A DNA stretch of 64,000 bases. Origin: Epiperipatus broadwayi (lineage: Eukaryota; Animalia; Onychophora). Under the pieces are notes generated by a model. That model searched no databases, was not told the DNA's origin, and worked only from the letters and a program-made list of their open reading frames with translations. The translations under genes and the position numbers were made by a program. The stretch spans positions 10,850,001-10,914,000 of the forward strand of contig JAQFVV010000010.1 in NCBI GenBank assembly GCA_028023455.1, read 5' to 3'. The first letter of the stretch is position 1. Each line of letters opens with the position of its first letter. Positions 1 to 12,649 of the stretch are shown here, piece by piece.

Positions 1-760
1 TTAGACATGCCATTGAAATATTTAAAATAAAAAAGGCTTCTGATGAAGAAGCTAAAAGATAATATTACAAAATATCAAATAAACTGGAAAATGGACTAGT
101 ATGTTCTATGTATGGATGTATTAGTAGTTCACAGACTGGTTTATAAACCATTGCAAAACTTATTTGCAGAGCATTTATAGTCTCTTTATCCTTTCTTTCT
201 AATTTCTTTTTTCCTTGAAATTAGAATGGTCATTGATTTCAGCCATTTTTGTATAGAAATTTATCACTTGCAGGCTTCTTGGTTGTTCTGCAGAGTCACC
301 TAGTGGCCACAAACTACCAACTAAAATATTAATATTATGATAGTACAAAATGTTGCAGTTAAGATTTCCAATACTATCTATTTATTGATTGTAAGATAAA
401 ATGATTCAAATCAATATAATAATAATAGTAAAAATAATAGTGACAATAATAATACATATGGACTCATTAGAAGTCAAACTGCTTAAAAATATATTAACAA
501 ATTGAAAACATACCTTTTACCATTGTTGTCTCAGTCATAATTTGTTAAAAAAGTCTCATCAATAAAAAAAGCAGCATTTTTGTTCAAAACAATTATTGAC
601 ACTATGGGAAATGGCAGGACAGCTTGACATGGAGTTTTTGATTCAATGGTTATTAATATTTTCATACAAACATTGGAAAAAATAAATATACCTAAATCTA
701 TTCTATATGTATTAAAAATTTATTATTAAATAATATATATATAACCTTAAATATAACCAA

Positions 761-960
761 AAGGGACTTGAACATAAACTTTCAAACTCCCTTCAGCTAT
801 CTGTTTTATCTCATACAATTGATACACATGACTACACATATGAAAAAGATAAATGATCTCCAATATATGTATTTCATGCTGGAGCTTAAAATTTTGTGAT
901 CAAGTCCCTTATGGGTACATCTAAACTGCAAATATATAAAATATACTTGTATTCAATCAA
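761..960 (-). mobile_element. Family E HHR/tRNA-like repeat, partial copy (761-885, minus) followed by an inverted copy of its 3' end (896-960)
   Basis: Near-identical to 11580-11705 and 20120-20215; minus strand reads GCATGAAATACATATATTGGAGATCAT (3' half of HHR) then a B-box-like GTTCAAGTCCCT. Confidence 0.75.
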
Positions 961-2199
961 ATATAATCTTAAATGGAAAAATGTTTTCCTCATTTAACCA
1001 ACATCAATCATTATTACAAGGATCACTGCATAATGCTTTATTATTAATTATATATATATATACAAATCCACCCCTCTACAACATAGAAAACTATTTTCCA
1101 GGTATCTGCATGCACACACAGGGTTATTGTATACCTTGCATAGCATGACTGAAGATATTAGTTTCCCTAACAATAACAATAACAAAACATTTATACATTA
1201 ATTAAAATCATAAAGAAATATACAAATTTCCCAGAAATAGAATTTAACCTAGATAAATCATGGGTGTGATACATATACACATGTGAAACCATATATAAAT
1301 ATATTCCAGGAAAGTCAATAACATATTTAGAATTCCCATTTCATTTAAGCAATATGGCTATGCAAAAACTAATACAAAATAAACAAGTGCAATAAAACAT
1401 ACCAAATCAACTCCCTCAATGCATATTTCTCATTATATTCTAAAGTAGTTCTTATAAACGTACTTATTATTATTACAAAGATCACATACTACTTACCAAT
1501 TACTTCACAAAGTACTACACACAATCATTCATATCAAACATTTATTCACTATGTAAAAAGTTCTTGTGAGGGAACAAAAACTATTACCATTTCACTCAGC
1601 AAATTACAATTTCATAATACTTGAAAAGATTTTGGATTGCATTAAATTTATGTCTATAAGATATAAAAATCAATTTGTTTTTGGGGAGTGGTTGACTAGA
1701 CTGGTTTGGATCGTGGCTGTTAGGGTAGGATGGTTTTTATACAAAGAAATACAAAAAACAATTAACCTCACATTATACATGACAAGATTATTTCCACATT
1801 TTAAAACAATGCTCAATATAACACCAACAAAAAAATGTTCATATACAAAATAAGTCACACCATTAGATGTAATCACTAACACTAAAATTATTTTCCTATA
1901 AGATATGATATTGATTTTATGCTAAATATAAGTATGTGGTCAATGCCTACCCTATACTTTCTTAGATATAAGAGAACTCTTGCCAACATGAAAACTAAAT
2001 GTGAGCTGTGTTACAAGGAAAAGAGTATCAAAACATGCTTTCTTTGAGTGTAATAGTCTACAATTGACCATATCCCATAAAAGTAGATTGAAAAAACCAT
2101 TACACAATCCAGTCAATCACTGAATCTTTTCCAAAGGCTTGCTTTGTAAAAATAAGTACCATGCAGCTATGAACTATGCTATATTTTGTTTTAAACTCC

Positions 2200-2970
2200 C
2201 CTAGCATTCAATGTATTCATATTTAGTTGATAAATATTGATTAGAATAGAATGAATTTATTTTTTATTGAACTGCAAGTTTACAGTATTTTTCAACACAC
2301 ACATATTTAACATCGATGTTTTATATGTATAGTATGCATATAAATCAAGATTATAATAAAAACAACATTTTTTAAAATAATATAGTTATTAATAATAAAT
2401 TGAGGTGACACATTTATATATATTTTACTGAGTATGTGTTCACAATAATATAGTTATTAATAATAAATTGAGGTGACACATTTATATATATTTTACTGAG
2501 TATGTGTTCACTCATGCATTCAATGAAGCAATAAAAAATTAATTATCATATTTTTATTTTTAAAATAGAGTAAATAGCAAAATGTCCAATATTTGTAGAT
2601 ATTAAATACACTGTAGGCTCTAAGCAATATTATTTTTTCAATAACTTTCTCTCTTATAGAAACATAATAGTGGTCTTGTTATCAAGAAATTATGATCTCT
2701 CTACTTATTTTGATGATTTTAAATCAGTATCAACTTTTAATATGTTCTAAAATTTTGTAAAACTTTTAGCATTACATTCAGAAAATATTTTATTATGCAA
2801 AATGTAGCACATCAAATTTATAAAAGATAATAAAGAATAAAATATATACTTTCAGTAAAAACTGAACAAATTTTATTAATGAATATAATCATGTACAATG
2901 CTCAGAGAAGAAAAAATGGCTGCTGAAGACTATTAAATATGTAAATTTTAATGGGTTTTTTTGTTTACTT
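2200..2970 (+). repeat. Unclassified diverged dispersed repeat, copy 1 (copy 2 at about 52385-53045)
   Basis: Colinear shared blocks, e.g. TTGATAAAyATTGATTAGAAT, GTTCACTCATGCATTCA, CAAGAAATTATGATC, GCACATCAAATT; boundaries approximate. Confidence 0.65.
2376..2511. repeat. Perfect 2 x 68-bp tandem duplication
   Basis: AATAATATAGTTATT...GAGTATGTGTTCAC repeated head-to-tail (2376-2443, 2444-2511). Confidence 0.95.
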
Positions 2971-3983
2971 GGTTACATTTTTCTTTAAATATTGTATATT
3001 TGAAATCATGTAGTTAGATAAAGCATAATTTGTGGCTCCACTGTACTATATTTATACTATATATCTTGTAGTGCAAAAAGATATACTTTTCTTTATAACA
3101 ATAATTTTAGAAGACACCCTAGCATATTTAAAACAAATTGGACTGAATAAAATAGAGATAAAAAGTTATCTCTCTAGATATATTTGCAGTTACATGGTCC
3201 CTTATTTGTCAATGCTCCAACTTATAGTTAAATGTACTAATTATTTCTCTTTTCAAATGTTAAGATACATTGACTATAAAGTAGTATATATACAATGTAT
3301 AATATTTGTTTTTCTCATTCTAGAAAACTTGTATTTATTGTAATGCACAATTTGTCAAGTTGTATGAATTGATCATTATTTGTAACCTATCATATCCTAG
3401 GAATTGTCAATAAGTTTGAAAAATACTACTACTACTACCACTATTAGCACTATTATTAATACTATTAATAGTAATAGTAGAAGTAATTATAATAATAATT
3501 TACATCATATGAGCTTTAGTTTGCATATACATATAACTAGTTGATCCTGAAGCTTCATTCATTAAATTACCAAATTTTTAAAAACAATTAAGTGCTATAA
3601 AGCAAAAATTTGTAGCCTATGTAATTCTCCAAAAAAGGGGAAAGAAACCATGCAAGATTTATGTGTTGAAAAATGAAATAACAAACAATCTTTATATAAA
3701 GGATAGATGATAAAAGAATACCAGAAACTTATACACAATAGAGCTTTCCTTAATTTAAATATTTCGAGTTATTTGTTCTAGAGCTCTAATATCTAATTGT
3801 TATTGAAATATTTGAATTATACTATAACACCGATTGCTGATCTTTACTTTTGTATTACTTTCTTTACATGCATATGACCAATTACTCAAACAAAGTTTTT
3901 CTAAATTACTTACTTTAACAAATAATATCAGTGTTTTTCTGAAGATTTGTGATGATGGTGTTCTAGTTGTATTTTTATATTGG

Positions 3984-5374
3984 ATGTTAAAACCTATTGT
4001 TAGTTCTAGAGATTCACCTTGCCAAAATTTGGCAAGATTTCTGCTCAAAGTTCTAAGTCCTTTGGCATACAAGACCCAGTACTTTGTCAGGGATTCTAGA
4101 CACTTTGTAGAATTAATCAAGAACATGAAAATTGAAAGAACTGACTTACTATAAGCTTTGGTGTGGAAAGTTTATTTACGAATGTATCATGTGAAGAAGC
4201 ATTGTCTCTTGTAATGAAAAGATTAAATGGTGTTAATAGTTTCCAAACTAGAACAGCTCTTCCTGTATAATGCAACTATTAATATTCTGCATAAAAACAA
4301 CATACTTTTAATATAACAGAATTCTTCCAACAAAATCAAGGAATGGCTATGGGTTCACCATTGTCTCACCTGATTAGCAATATTTACATGGAATAACTTG
4401 AAACCTTAGCCATAAAAACTACTCAATATATACCTAAAGTTTGGCTTCATTATGTGGATGATACATTTGTTATATGGCCACATGGTAAAAACACTGCTAC
4501 AAACTTTCTGGAAACACATCAACAATATATATCCTTCAATTAAATTCACAATAGAATCAGGACAAGAACAAAAATTGGCATTCTTAGATGTTCTTATGAC
4601 AAGACTCCCTCATGGCAAAATCAAAACTACAGTTTACCAAAAACCTACACATACAGGAAAATACCTAGCCTATACATCCAATCACACCAGAAACACAAAA
4701 CATGGAGTTATACTATCACTATGGGACAGAGCAAAAGAAGTTTGTTCAAAAACCAGCAATTTGGAAAAAGCAATCTATATAGAACAAACTCATGAAAAAT
4801 GTTTATCCATTAGCTGTTATTAAGAAAACTTTAAATAGACTAAAAGAACCATCAAGAAAAAAATACAATTATTGGTACTGTAGCATACCCATGCATTCCA
4901 AAAATAGCAGACAAATTAAGGAAAATTTGCTATCGGTATAGCATCAGAACAGCTTTCCAGAACCTTACTACCCTATGAGGAATTCTACCTTCTACAAAAC
5001 CTAAACTTGAAATGATGAAAAGAAAAAACTGCATCTATGAAATACCATGTCAATGGAAGAACGTATATTGGTGAGACCAACTGTCCCATTCAAAAGCACT
5101 TGCAAGAACATAAACTGATGATTAGAAGAGAGAAAACAGATGTGTCTAAGGTAGCAGACCATGTAGTGCCAATGGACATATGTTCAGTGGGGAAAATTCA
5201 AAAACATTGAATAGAGAAGAAAAGGTACAAAGAAGAAAATTTAAAGAAGTTTCTCACATGATAATGGTAAAAAATCCCATAAGCCAGCCCAGTGTGACTA
5301 TACATAATGTATGGAAAGCACTCATCAACTATGCTTTCAGGAAAAAGTGGAGAAATCAGGATGAACCTCATTAA
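3984..5374 (+). pseudogene. PLE reverse transcriptase + GIY-YIG endonuclease, disrupted by stops and frameshifts
   Basis: LKPIVSSRDSP, SFGVESLFTNV, QGMAMGSPLS, YVDDTFVIW, LAFLDVL, VYQKPTHTGKYL and CIYEIPC...YIGET motifs typical of PLEs. Confidence 0.9.
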
Positions 5375-5409
5375 GTATATGAAATTTCTACAGACTGTTG
5401 CCTTTGGCA

Positions 5410-5485
5410 GGATGGCTCAGTTGGTTAGAGTGTTACCTTAAAATTCAAAACTCAAGAATCTAACAACCCAGGTTTGAATCCCATG
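5410..5485 (+). promoter_or_regulatory. tRNA-like Pol III type-2 promoter boxes inside the PLE 3' repeat
   Basis: A box TGGCTCAGTTGG (about 5412-5423) and B box GGTTTGAATCCC (about 5471-5482); no complete cloverleaf. Confidence 0.6.
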
Positions 5486-5512
5486 CTAGTACTATCACTG
5501 GTCAGGCTGGCA

Positions 5513-5557
5513 ACACCTGAAGAAAAGGGGAGACTAATACCTATCAAAACATTGTGC
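5513..5557 (+). ncRNA. Decayed minimal type I hammerhead (family A)
   Basis: ACAC-CTGAAGA-...-AAAAC-ATT-GTGC; GAAA mutated to AAAA at 5546; the copy at 51780 retains GAAA. Confidence 0.6.
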
Positions 5558-8500
5558 ATATACTAACCTACTTGATGTGCTATTACTAACAGTTGAATGT
5601 ATTTGGAATATTTAAATAAAATTAATTTTTTCTAAAGATATTCAATACACATATTAGATGATGGTAGTAGTCCAATATAAAAATACAAATAATATCAGTG
5701 TGTGTAATATCTTAAAAATATTTTATTAAGTGCTTTATACATTGTTTGTATTAAAAATTATTTACTACAATATTTTAAATAATCTTTCAAATATATTTTT
5801 ATTAGTCTTATTTATATAACTTTGAAATTTTGCTTGTCTATTACTTAATAACTTAACAATATTGCCCTGATTTTTTTAGTACATACAATTTGTTTTCTTA
5901 ATGAAATAATATATTGATAATTTTGAATAATTCTCATAAAAAAAAAAATCATGCAAGATTCATCAAGGTTGATGCAATATTTGTTGAGTTATTAAGTAAC
6001 AAACAGACTTTCAAATTTGTGTGTGTGTATATATATATTGTAATGGTCAAGATTGTATAATCAATCAACAAGACCAAAAGGCCAAGCAGGACTCTCGACC
6101 AGCAGTCACTGGGTTACCCCCATGCCCCTAGTTTAAACCCATACATGGGCTTCCTAGTCTCAACCACCTAATTAACATCCCTGATGTAACACAGCTTTCC
6201 TTCTCATATAGCATGACATAGCTCAGGGTTCAAACATAGTTCAGTGTTCAAACAAGAACTCCCAGGATTCTTCTTACAGCTCAGGGTCAGCACCTTAGTA
6301 CACAAGTATACACATTGATATTGCATTACTAATAATAACCTTATTTAGCTATGCTATGAAATCAGATAATGTATATTAATTTTATAGATATGGTTAGGCA
6401 TACCTTACTATTGATTGGGTTCAAAGCTTGGGATGCTCATTTTAATACTGAACAAAATTTAATTCTAAATGATTATCCTATGGTTCCAATATATAGAAAC
6501 ATACTCATATTTAATCATAATAATAATAAAATTTTATTGTCGGACTGAATATAATGAATAGGGAGCTTACAAGTTAATTTATTACAAAAAGTGATTTCAC
6601 TGGTCTTTTCATTATTACAGGTGGAAGTCATGGTGATTTACATATTAGGGTGTGTATCCACATTAACCAAGGATTAATCTTAATACATAAGTATCAGTCA
6701 TTATGGCTTTTGAAATATTAATTAATTGAAATTTATTATGACAGGGACTACTGTGTGCAGGTTTGATTATACAGTCATCCAGGGATGCATGGGCATAGGT
6801 GGAGGTTAAAATAAATGAATAATTTAAATATTGGGGTTATACTCTCACTATAATCACTGATCATGGTCATACTAGATATGAATAAGATTTAAGATCAGCT
6901 TAGAAATCAAATGGTATGGTTCTCTTCTGAAAAGTGGATGTCCCTGGCCACAGAGGAGTATCTGCTTCTGACCATGAGTGCATTCCAGTGGAGAGAGTGA
7001 AGATGTGTTAAATCTGGGATTTGGGGTTGCAAGGAGTTCCAGATTCCTGCTGAAAACCTAGACTGGCACTAATCCATGCATTAAGAATCCAGGCATGCAG
7101 CATCTGGTCTGCCCTTATGCAGTTTGACCATATGATGCATGAACTATAAAGGAGATACAATGATAATGAAAGTAGAATAATGATGATGCACTGAGACAGC
7201 AAATGGGGAGCAGGAATGCAAACATTGTAAGCATAAATAATAATATTTAGATTAACCTTCCACCCTCACTATGAAATATCATGAATTTATTTTATTTTAT
7301 TAACTAGAGTCTCCCTGGATAATTACAAAGAATTTTGGATAAGATTCATAATCCACTCACAAATAATACTCATTAATAAATCTTGACTTAAAACTTTAAT
7401 ATCCCAATATAGGAAACATGGGGAATTATTATAACTTATAATGTGATTAATAGATTGCGGTTTGTGCTTACATTACTGATATACAAGTGTTCTAAATTTA
7501 CATATCATGTAGCATATATAAATAACACAGCACAGACATTTATATAATATTGCTATATTGCCTTTGTGTGAAAGACGATAGATAACAATACTGAGGATTT
7601 ATTAATTTTATTTTCCATTCATAAAAATATAAAATTGAAACTATAAATAGGATTGTCTTTATTCTACCATGCAAGGTAAGGTTTTTTGGCATAAATGCAT
7701 TTACATATATATTTTCTTAAACATATAAATTTAAGTATAATCTGATCTTTAGATTAATCATTTACGTTTGCATATATTTTCTTGGACATATCAATTCAAG
7801 TATAAAATGATCTTAAATTAAACATAATAGGCAAACACAGTTTCTAAATTTTACATATCTAATTAAATTCTAAATACCTGCCATCCTTCTGTAACCAAAA
7901 ATTATGACTTCTCAGAAATGTAATAATGAAATTTTACTTGACATGTTGGGGAATATAGTGATGAAAAAGAAATCTGTTTACAATTTATTTTAACAGTTTT
8001 AGAGTTTTAAAATGGGGCATCTTCCCAAACTCGCACTGTCCCAGGGTAACATTGAGAGTGGGGAAGAGTAAACAACTCTATATTTAAATTTAACTCCCTC
8101 CATCATTTAAGTGAATATAAATAAGATAAAAATACAATAAGCAAATTTATATTTGTGGCATAAAATGTTTCAAGCCAGTAAAACCTCGATATATACATAT
8201 TAAATAAGATTTAATAGGTTAAAACTTTGTAAATAAGTAATTAATTTGTTACATGATTAAAAATACTTATCCAATACATATTACCAGCTAGATTATGTAG
8301 GTCTTTGGGATTCCTTCTCAGAAGACTATCAAAGGACTTTTTAGATGTAGAGATTAGCATGGTGATAGTAAAAGGTGGCTGAATCTTAATGAGGAATGGA
8401 ACTTCAGGATGCCCGCTGCCTGATAATTGCAGGGAAGTGGACAGCCAACTACTCATGCATGGTTACAGGTACCATATACATTTTATATATAATTAAGCTG

Positions 8501-9249
8501 AGTTTGTCTTCTATGGTCTTTCAATGAAACTGCAAATCTTCAATAAAATATTTTTTTTTTATAACAATTTCTACAAAATATGCCAGAATGACTTTTCTTC
8601 CTTTTATGTTTTTTAACAATACACCATTCCCCTCATATATTATTCACTTATGCCTGGGGTGCACTTTGTTAGTTTTTAGTGGATTTTTTTCTTAATTTTC
8701 TCTAATTGCTATTGTATCTTAATTTTACTTTCACAGTACTTTGTACTGCCACAAAATATGTGTAGATATAAAAATGTGTTAAAATGTAACTCTTTCATCC
8801 TATTGTTTCACTAGATTAGGAAATAAGGCACTTACATAATTTATTGGCTTGTTTCCATTACCTGGCCTATTCCCCATTATATAGAGTACATTCCACTCCT
8901 ATTACTTAATTGATCATATTCTTTAATAAAATATTTTCTTTTAAAACTTACTTTAAAATGCAGCATGATTAAAAATAAGTTTTAACTTAAAAGATTTTTG
9001 AATTGTACACACACACTCACAAGTATGTGTGCATGTACTAGTGTGTGCAATATATAGAAATATATGACATATACTGGAAATACTTTTAAATTTGAATAAA
9101 CATGTAGCAAACATATCTGCATGCAGATATGCACCACTTCACATCCGTCAAGTTACCTAACAAAAAAAATAACCCCCCAAAAAAGAGAATTTACTTATTC
9201 TTTCATAGTGAATGAGTGATCATTGACATTTTCTAGCTGGCATGTTAGT

Positions 9250-9900
9250 GTATGGGTTAGTTTACTATTCTGTTAGCCTTAATTTCTGCTGCCCTATTCT
9301 TTTCTGTATTTAATGATCTATCTATATTCTAACTAACTATTGTAGGTTTCTCCATGTTCTTTTAGTTCATGTTTAATTCTATGGCTTGTATTTCCATGGA
9401 TCTTGTCACTTTGTTACTGAGTGATCTCTTCCTGGTTCATAGGGTCTGCTGTGATAACATTTCCTTCCCCAGGTATATAGGTCTCCATGTACTAGGGTCC
9501 TTCTTTGATTTCCCATCTTAAAATGGTGTAGGTTCATCAGTCTTCTTTTCTTTTGTTTGGATCTATGTGTTGCTCATTTTCTCATCACCATTTGCTCCCT
9601 GTTAAAATTGTCAAGCACTTTGAGTATAGATAACTTTGTTCTTGTGATGCCTTGCCTTGCTTTTCTTTGTCTATGGATGATTTATATGGTATTAGTAGCA
9701 TTTTAAAAAGGTTCGGACCTTGATCCCTGAGGTATGGTTGTGCTTCTGTTTGGTCATGTTCATTCTCATTTGTTTTCTGTTATTATAAGGCTTGCATCTT
9801 GATTTTTACAATATGGTTGCATTTCTTTGTGCTCTTTAAAGTTTATCATAGACATATCTGCCATTACAGGGTTCAAATCTTGATCATCAGAGTATGATTG
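9250..9900 (-). pseudogene. Heavily decayed non-LTR (LINE) RT relic
   Basis: Minus-strand TIPQGSRSEP resembling GVPQGSxLGP, with downstream RT-like remnants; many stops. Confidence 0.4.
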
Positions 9901-10027
9901 CATTTTCTTGTGGTCTTTATCATTTGTTATAGGAGTATATTTTTTATCAAATATAAATTTATATAATAATTAAAAAGTATATAAAAATAAAATAATAATT
10001 AAAAAATATATAAAAATAAAGACTTAC

Positions 10028-10330
10028 CATGGCCCCCAATAATGTTGTTTTCAAAATACATCGGAAAAAATACAAATTTTTTCAAATGTAACTTTCAGGG
10101 AGAATATTACTCTCTTAAAATGAAAAAAACTAAGAGAAAACAAAAAATTCAATTTAGTTGATCACAAAAATTATCATAACATTTTTATTTTTTATCGTAG
10201 AAAAATAAAACCTATCCAAAAGTAGAAAGAAAGATAGAATTGAAGGTGTAAAAAGTGCATGCATAGACTGCTTAGATTTCCATTAATATTATGTTGAAAG
10301 CGGATGTTTACAATTTGCAAATTCATGGAC
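10028..10330 (-). promoter_or_regulatory. Possible promoter and first exon ending in the start codon (GCCATG|GTAAGT) of a minus-strand gene running off the left of the window
   Basis: Reverse complement of 10021-10033 is GCCATG GTAAGTC (Kozak-like ATG plus consensus donor); local CpG retention at about 10060-10360; no downstream exon identified. Confidence 0.4.
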
Positions 10331-10699
10331 ATTTTGGAAGTTCGTAATAACCAAACGTTTTTAAAACAAAGGATTGACCTAATTAATTTCTGCCCCCCCC
10401 CTCTTGTTTTTATTTAAATCTAAGAACTCCAATTGTGGTTGAAAAAATAATTATTTCTTTTTAATGCATAGTTAATAAAAGCATTTAATATAATTTTTTT
10501 TATTATCCCTATTATTTATTTTCTTATTGATTGACATAAAGGAAATGAAAAAAATTATAAAAATTAAAATATTTAAGTATTTAAATCTTAAATAATATTT
10601 TCCATTATTTTTATTTTTTAAATATATATATTATAATAATATGAATTTATAATTTTTTTTAACAGATGGAAATATTTGAAATTGTAATATATGGAAATA

Positions 10700-11050
10700 T
10701 GTTTAAATTTTTATATGATTTTAATCACTGTCAGATGCTAATAGATAGTATTTAATGAAAATAGCAAACTGTACGATAAAAATTGAAAATAGCAAACTGT
10801 AGATGCTCTCTGCATTCAAAAGTGTATGCTTTTTGTACGTAATCTCTTTATATATGGAGACTAAAATGCTACAGTATTTTTTACAGCATAAGGAAATAAA
10901 TACTATAGTGCTTTAGTCTCTCTATATAGCAAAAGATTGCATACAAAAGTATACACTTTTGAATGCAGAAAGTATCTACAGTTTGCTATTTTCATTGATT
11001 ATTGCGTATTAGCATCTGACAGTGATGAAAATCATTTAAAAATTTAAACA
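10700..11050. repeat. Imperfect fold-back element (about 170-bp arms), MITE-like
   Basis: TGTTTAAATTTT...CACTGTCAGATGCTAATA versus TATTAGCATCTGACAGTG...AAAATTTAAACA; arms pair through to a central spacer of about 11 nt. Confidence 0.8.
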
Positions 11051-11089
11051 GATTATAATTACTTATTTTAATTTTCCTTATTAAAAATT

Positions 11090-11715
11090 TGATTAAATAC
11101 AAGTATAATTTATATACCTGGAATCTAGATGTTATCATAAGGGATTTGAACACAGACTTTCAAGATCCCTTAAGCTATCAACTCTATCTCATAAACTGAT
11201 ACACACATATGTGAAAAAGATAAATGATCTCTACTCATCAGTTGATCCAGATCATCATCTCCCATATATATATATAATCAGTGCTCAGTTTATATTAAGA
11301 TATCAAATCTTCAAACTTTAATGGGCTGGCTTCAATTTACTCCTCCTTCCAACTCTTCAGCCATCCTTACCATTGAAAATCTGATGATGGAACACAAATC
11401 CATTATTGATTTGCCAATATCATTGGCATGCCCATGTTGACTTATAGTTAATCTGACTTTTCATGTATTGGACCTTGCCCATTTAAATTTACAGAAGAGG
11501 GATGGGCAGAATAGAGGCTGAATTTGTAATATTTAATTAAATACAAGTATAATTTATATATCTGGAGTCTACATGTAATGCTAAGGGACTTGAACACAGA
11601 CTTTCAAGCTTCCTTCAGCTATTTACTCTATGTCATATAAACAATACACATGACCACACATATGTGAAAAAGATAAATGATCTCCAATATATGTATTTCA
11701 TGCTGAACCAGTTGT
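11090..11715 (-). mobile_element. Two tandem family E copies (about 11090-11500 and 11530-11715), each with a different deletion through the HHR core
   Basis: Shared 3' end and tRNA-like block; first copy keeps CTGATGA but lacks GAAA and stem III, second keeps GAAA and stem III but lacks CTGATGA. Confidence 0.8.
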
Positions 11716-12591
11716 TTAACATATTATTTTTATAACAGTGTTCACATTTTATTTTAAAAGTGTCATTTATATTATTTTAAATATTATTATCATTTATAAT
11801 ATGTTTATTAAATTTCTATCATATTTTTATCACTAATTTTAAAATCTATTTTTATTTTATAAAATTTATTCTGTATATAATTTATTAATTTTCTGAAATA
11901 TATTTTTATTTTTAATTTTTGTATTGATATAAATTGTTTTATTTCTATCTTTAAAAAAAAATGTTTTTTTAAACACTGGTTATTTTGATTCATAGTTTTA
12001 TTTTCCTTACATAATATTTAATTGTATTTATTAGATAATTACTTAATTTGTATTTTTTTTATATAATTTTAATAATTTCTTTAGTACATACTTTTTTTCC
12101 AGAAAATAACCACTATTTTTTCTAGTTTTAAGACTATTAATTCTATGAATATTATATTTAAATTCACTTTGTTATATTTTATCAATTACTTTTGTTTATA
12201 TGTCCCTGTTTTTTTTATTAAAATATTCAAAATAAAATAATATTATTATTTAATTTGTGTTTTGTTATAAATTTTAACTTTTCATCTATCTTTTTTAAAT
12301 CTTTTATAAATGTAATTTGTCTACTAAGTTTATTGTATATTAACAAATAATCATATATATATATATGTTTATAAAATATTTGGTTTATTAATATTTTCCT
12401 TTATATTTTTTTCAAATTTATTAATGAAAATGTTACTTCATTTATTAGTTAATAGTCTATTCACATGTAATTTTTGTTTTTGCATATATATAAAATTAAG
12501 AGCATGCTAATGAGCTCTAACAAGCTTTTTTTTAATTATTATGATAAATGCTACTACAAGAGAAGACATTCAAATCATCTTTATCTTAGAT

Positions 12592-12649
12592 TGTCCCCAT
12601 CCCCAGACCAGTTTCAACCTATGGGTCTCTTCAGTGAGGAGTTGGGACA
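12592..12649 (-). ncRNA. Solo type I hammerhead ribozyme, predicted intact (family B-related)
   Basis: Minus strand: TGTCCC aac TCCTCA CTGAAGA GACC cata GGTT GAAA C tg G TC TGGGGA tg GGGACA; all core nucleotides, GUC cleavage triplet, stems I-III. Confidence 0.8.

Larger units (their letters stand above)
3936..5700 (+). mobile_element. 5'-truncated Penelope-like retroelement (family A) with 3' pLTR (about 5400-5700) and an inverted pLTR end at its 5' junction (3936-3983)
   Basis: RT and GIY-YIG remnants followed by an HHR-bearing 3' repeat; reverse complement of 3960-3983 matches TCCAATATAAAAATACAA at about 5669-5688. Confidence 0.85.

Noticed and set aside
1566-3343. Short AT-rich ORFs (95, 70, 103 aa) and similar ORFs elsewhere in the track
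   Set aside because: I/L/F/K/Y-biased translations with no motifs or splice support, as expected by chance in AT-rich DNA
3834-3983. N-terminal half of the 106-aa ORF as PLE protein
   Set aside because: Flanking DNA plus inverted pLTR; RT similarity starts only at LKPIVSS (3984)
5410-5485. Bona fide tRNA gene (also family E tRNA-like blocks)
   Set aside because: A/B boxes only, no complete cloverleaf, embedded in repeats
9060-9170. Second exon of the minus-strand ATG-only gene
   Set aside because: Splicing to the acceptor at about 9157 gives ATG GTA ACT TGA, an immediate stop
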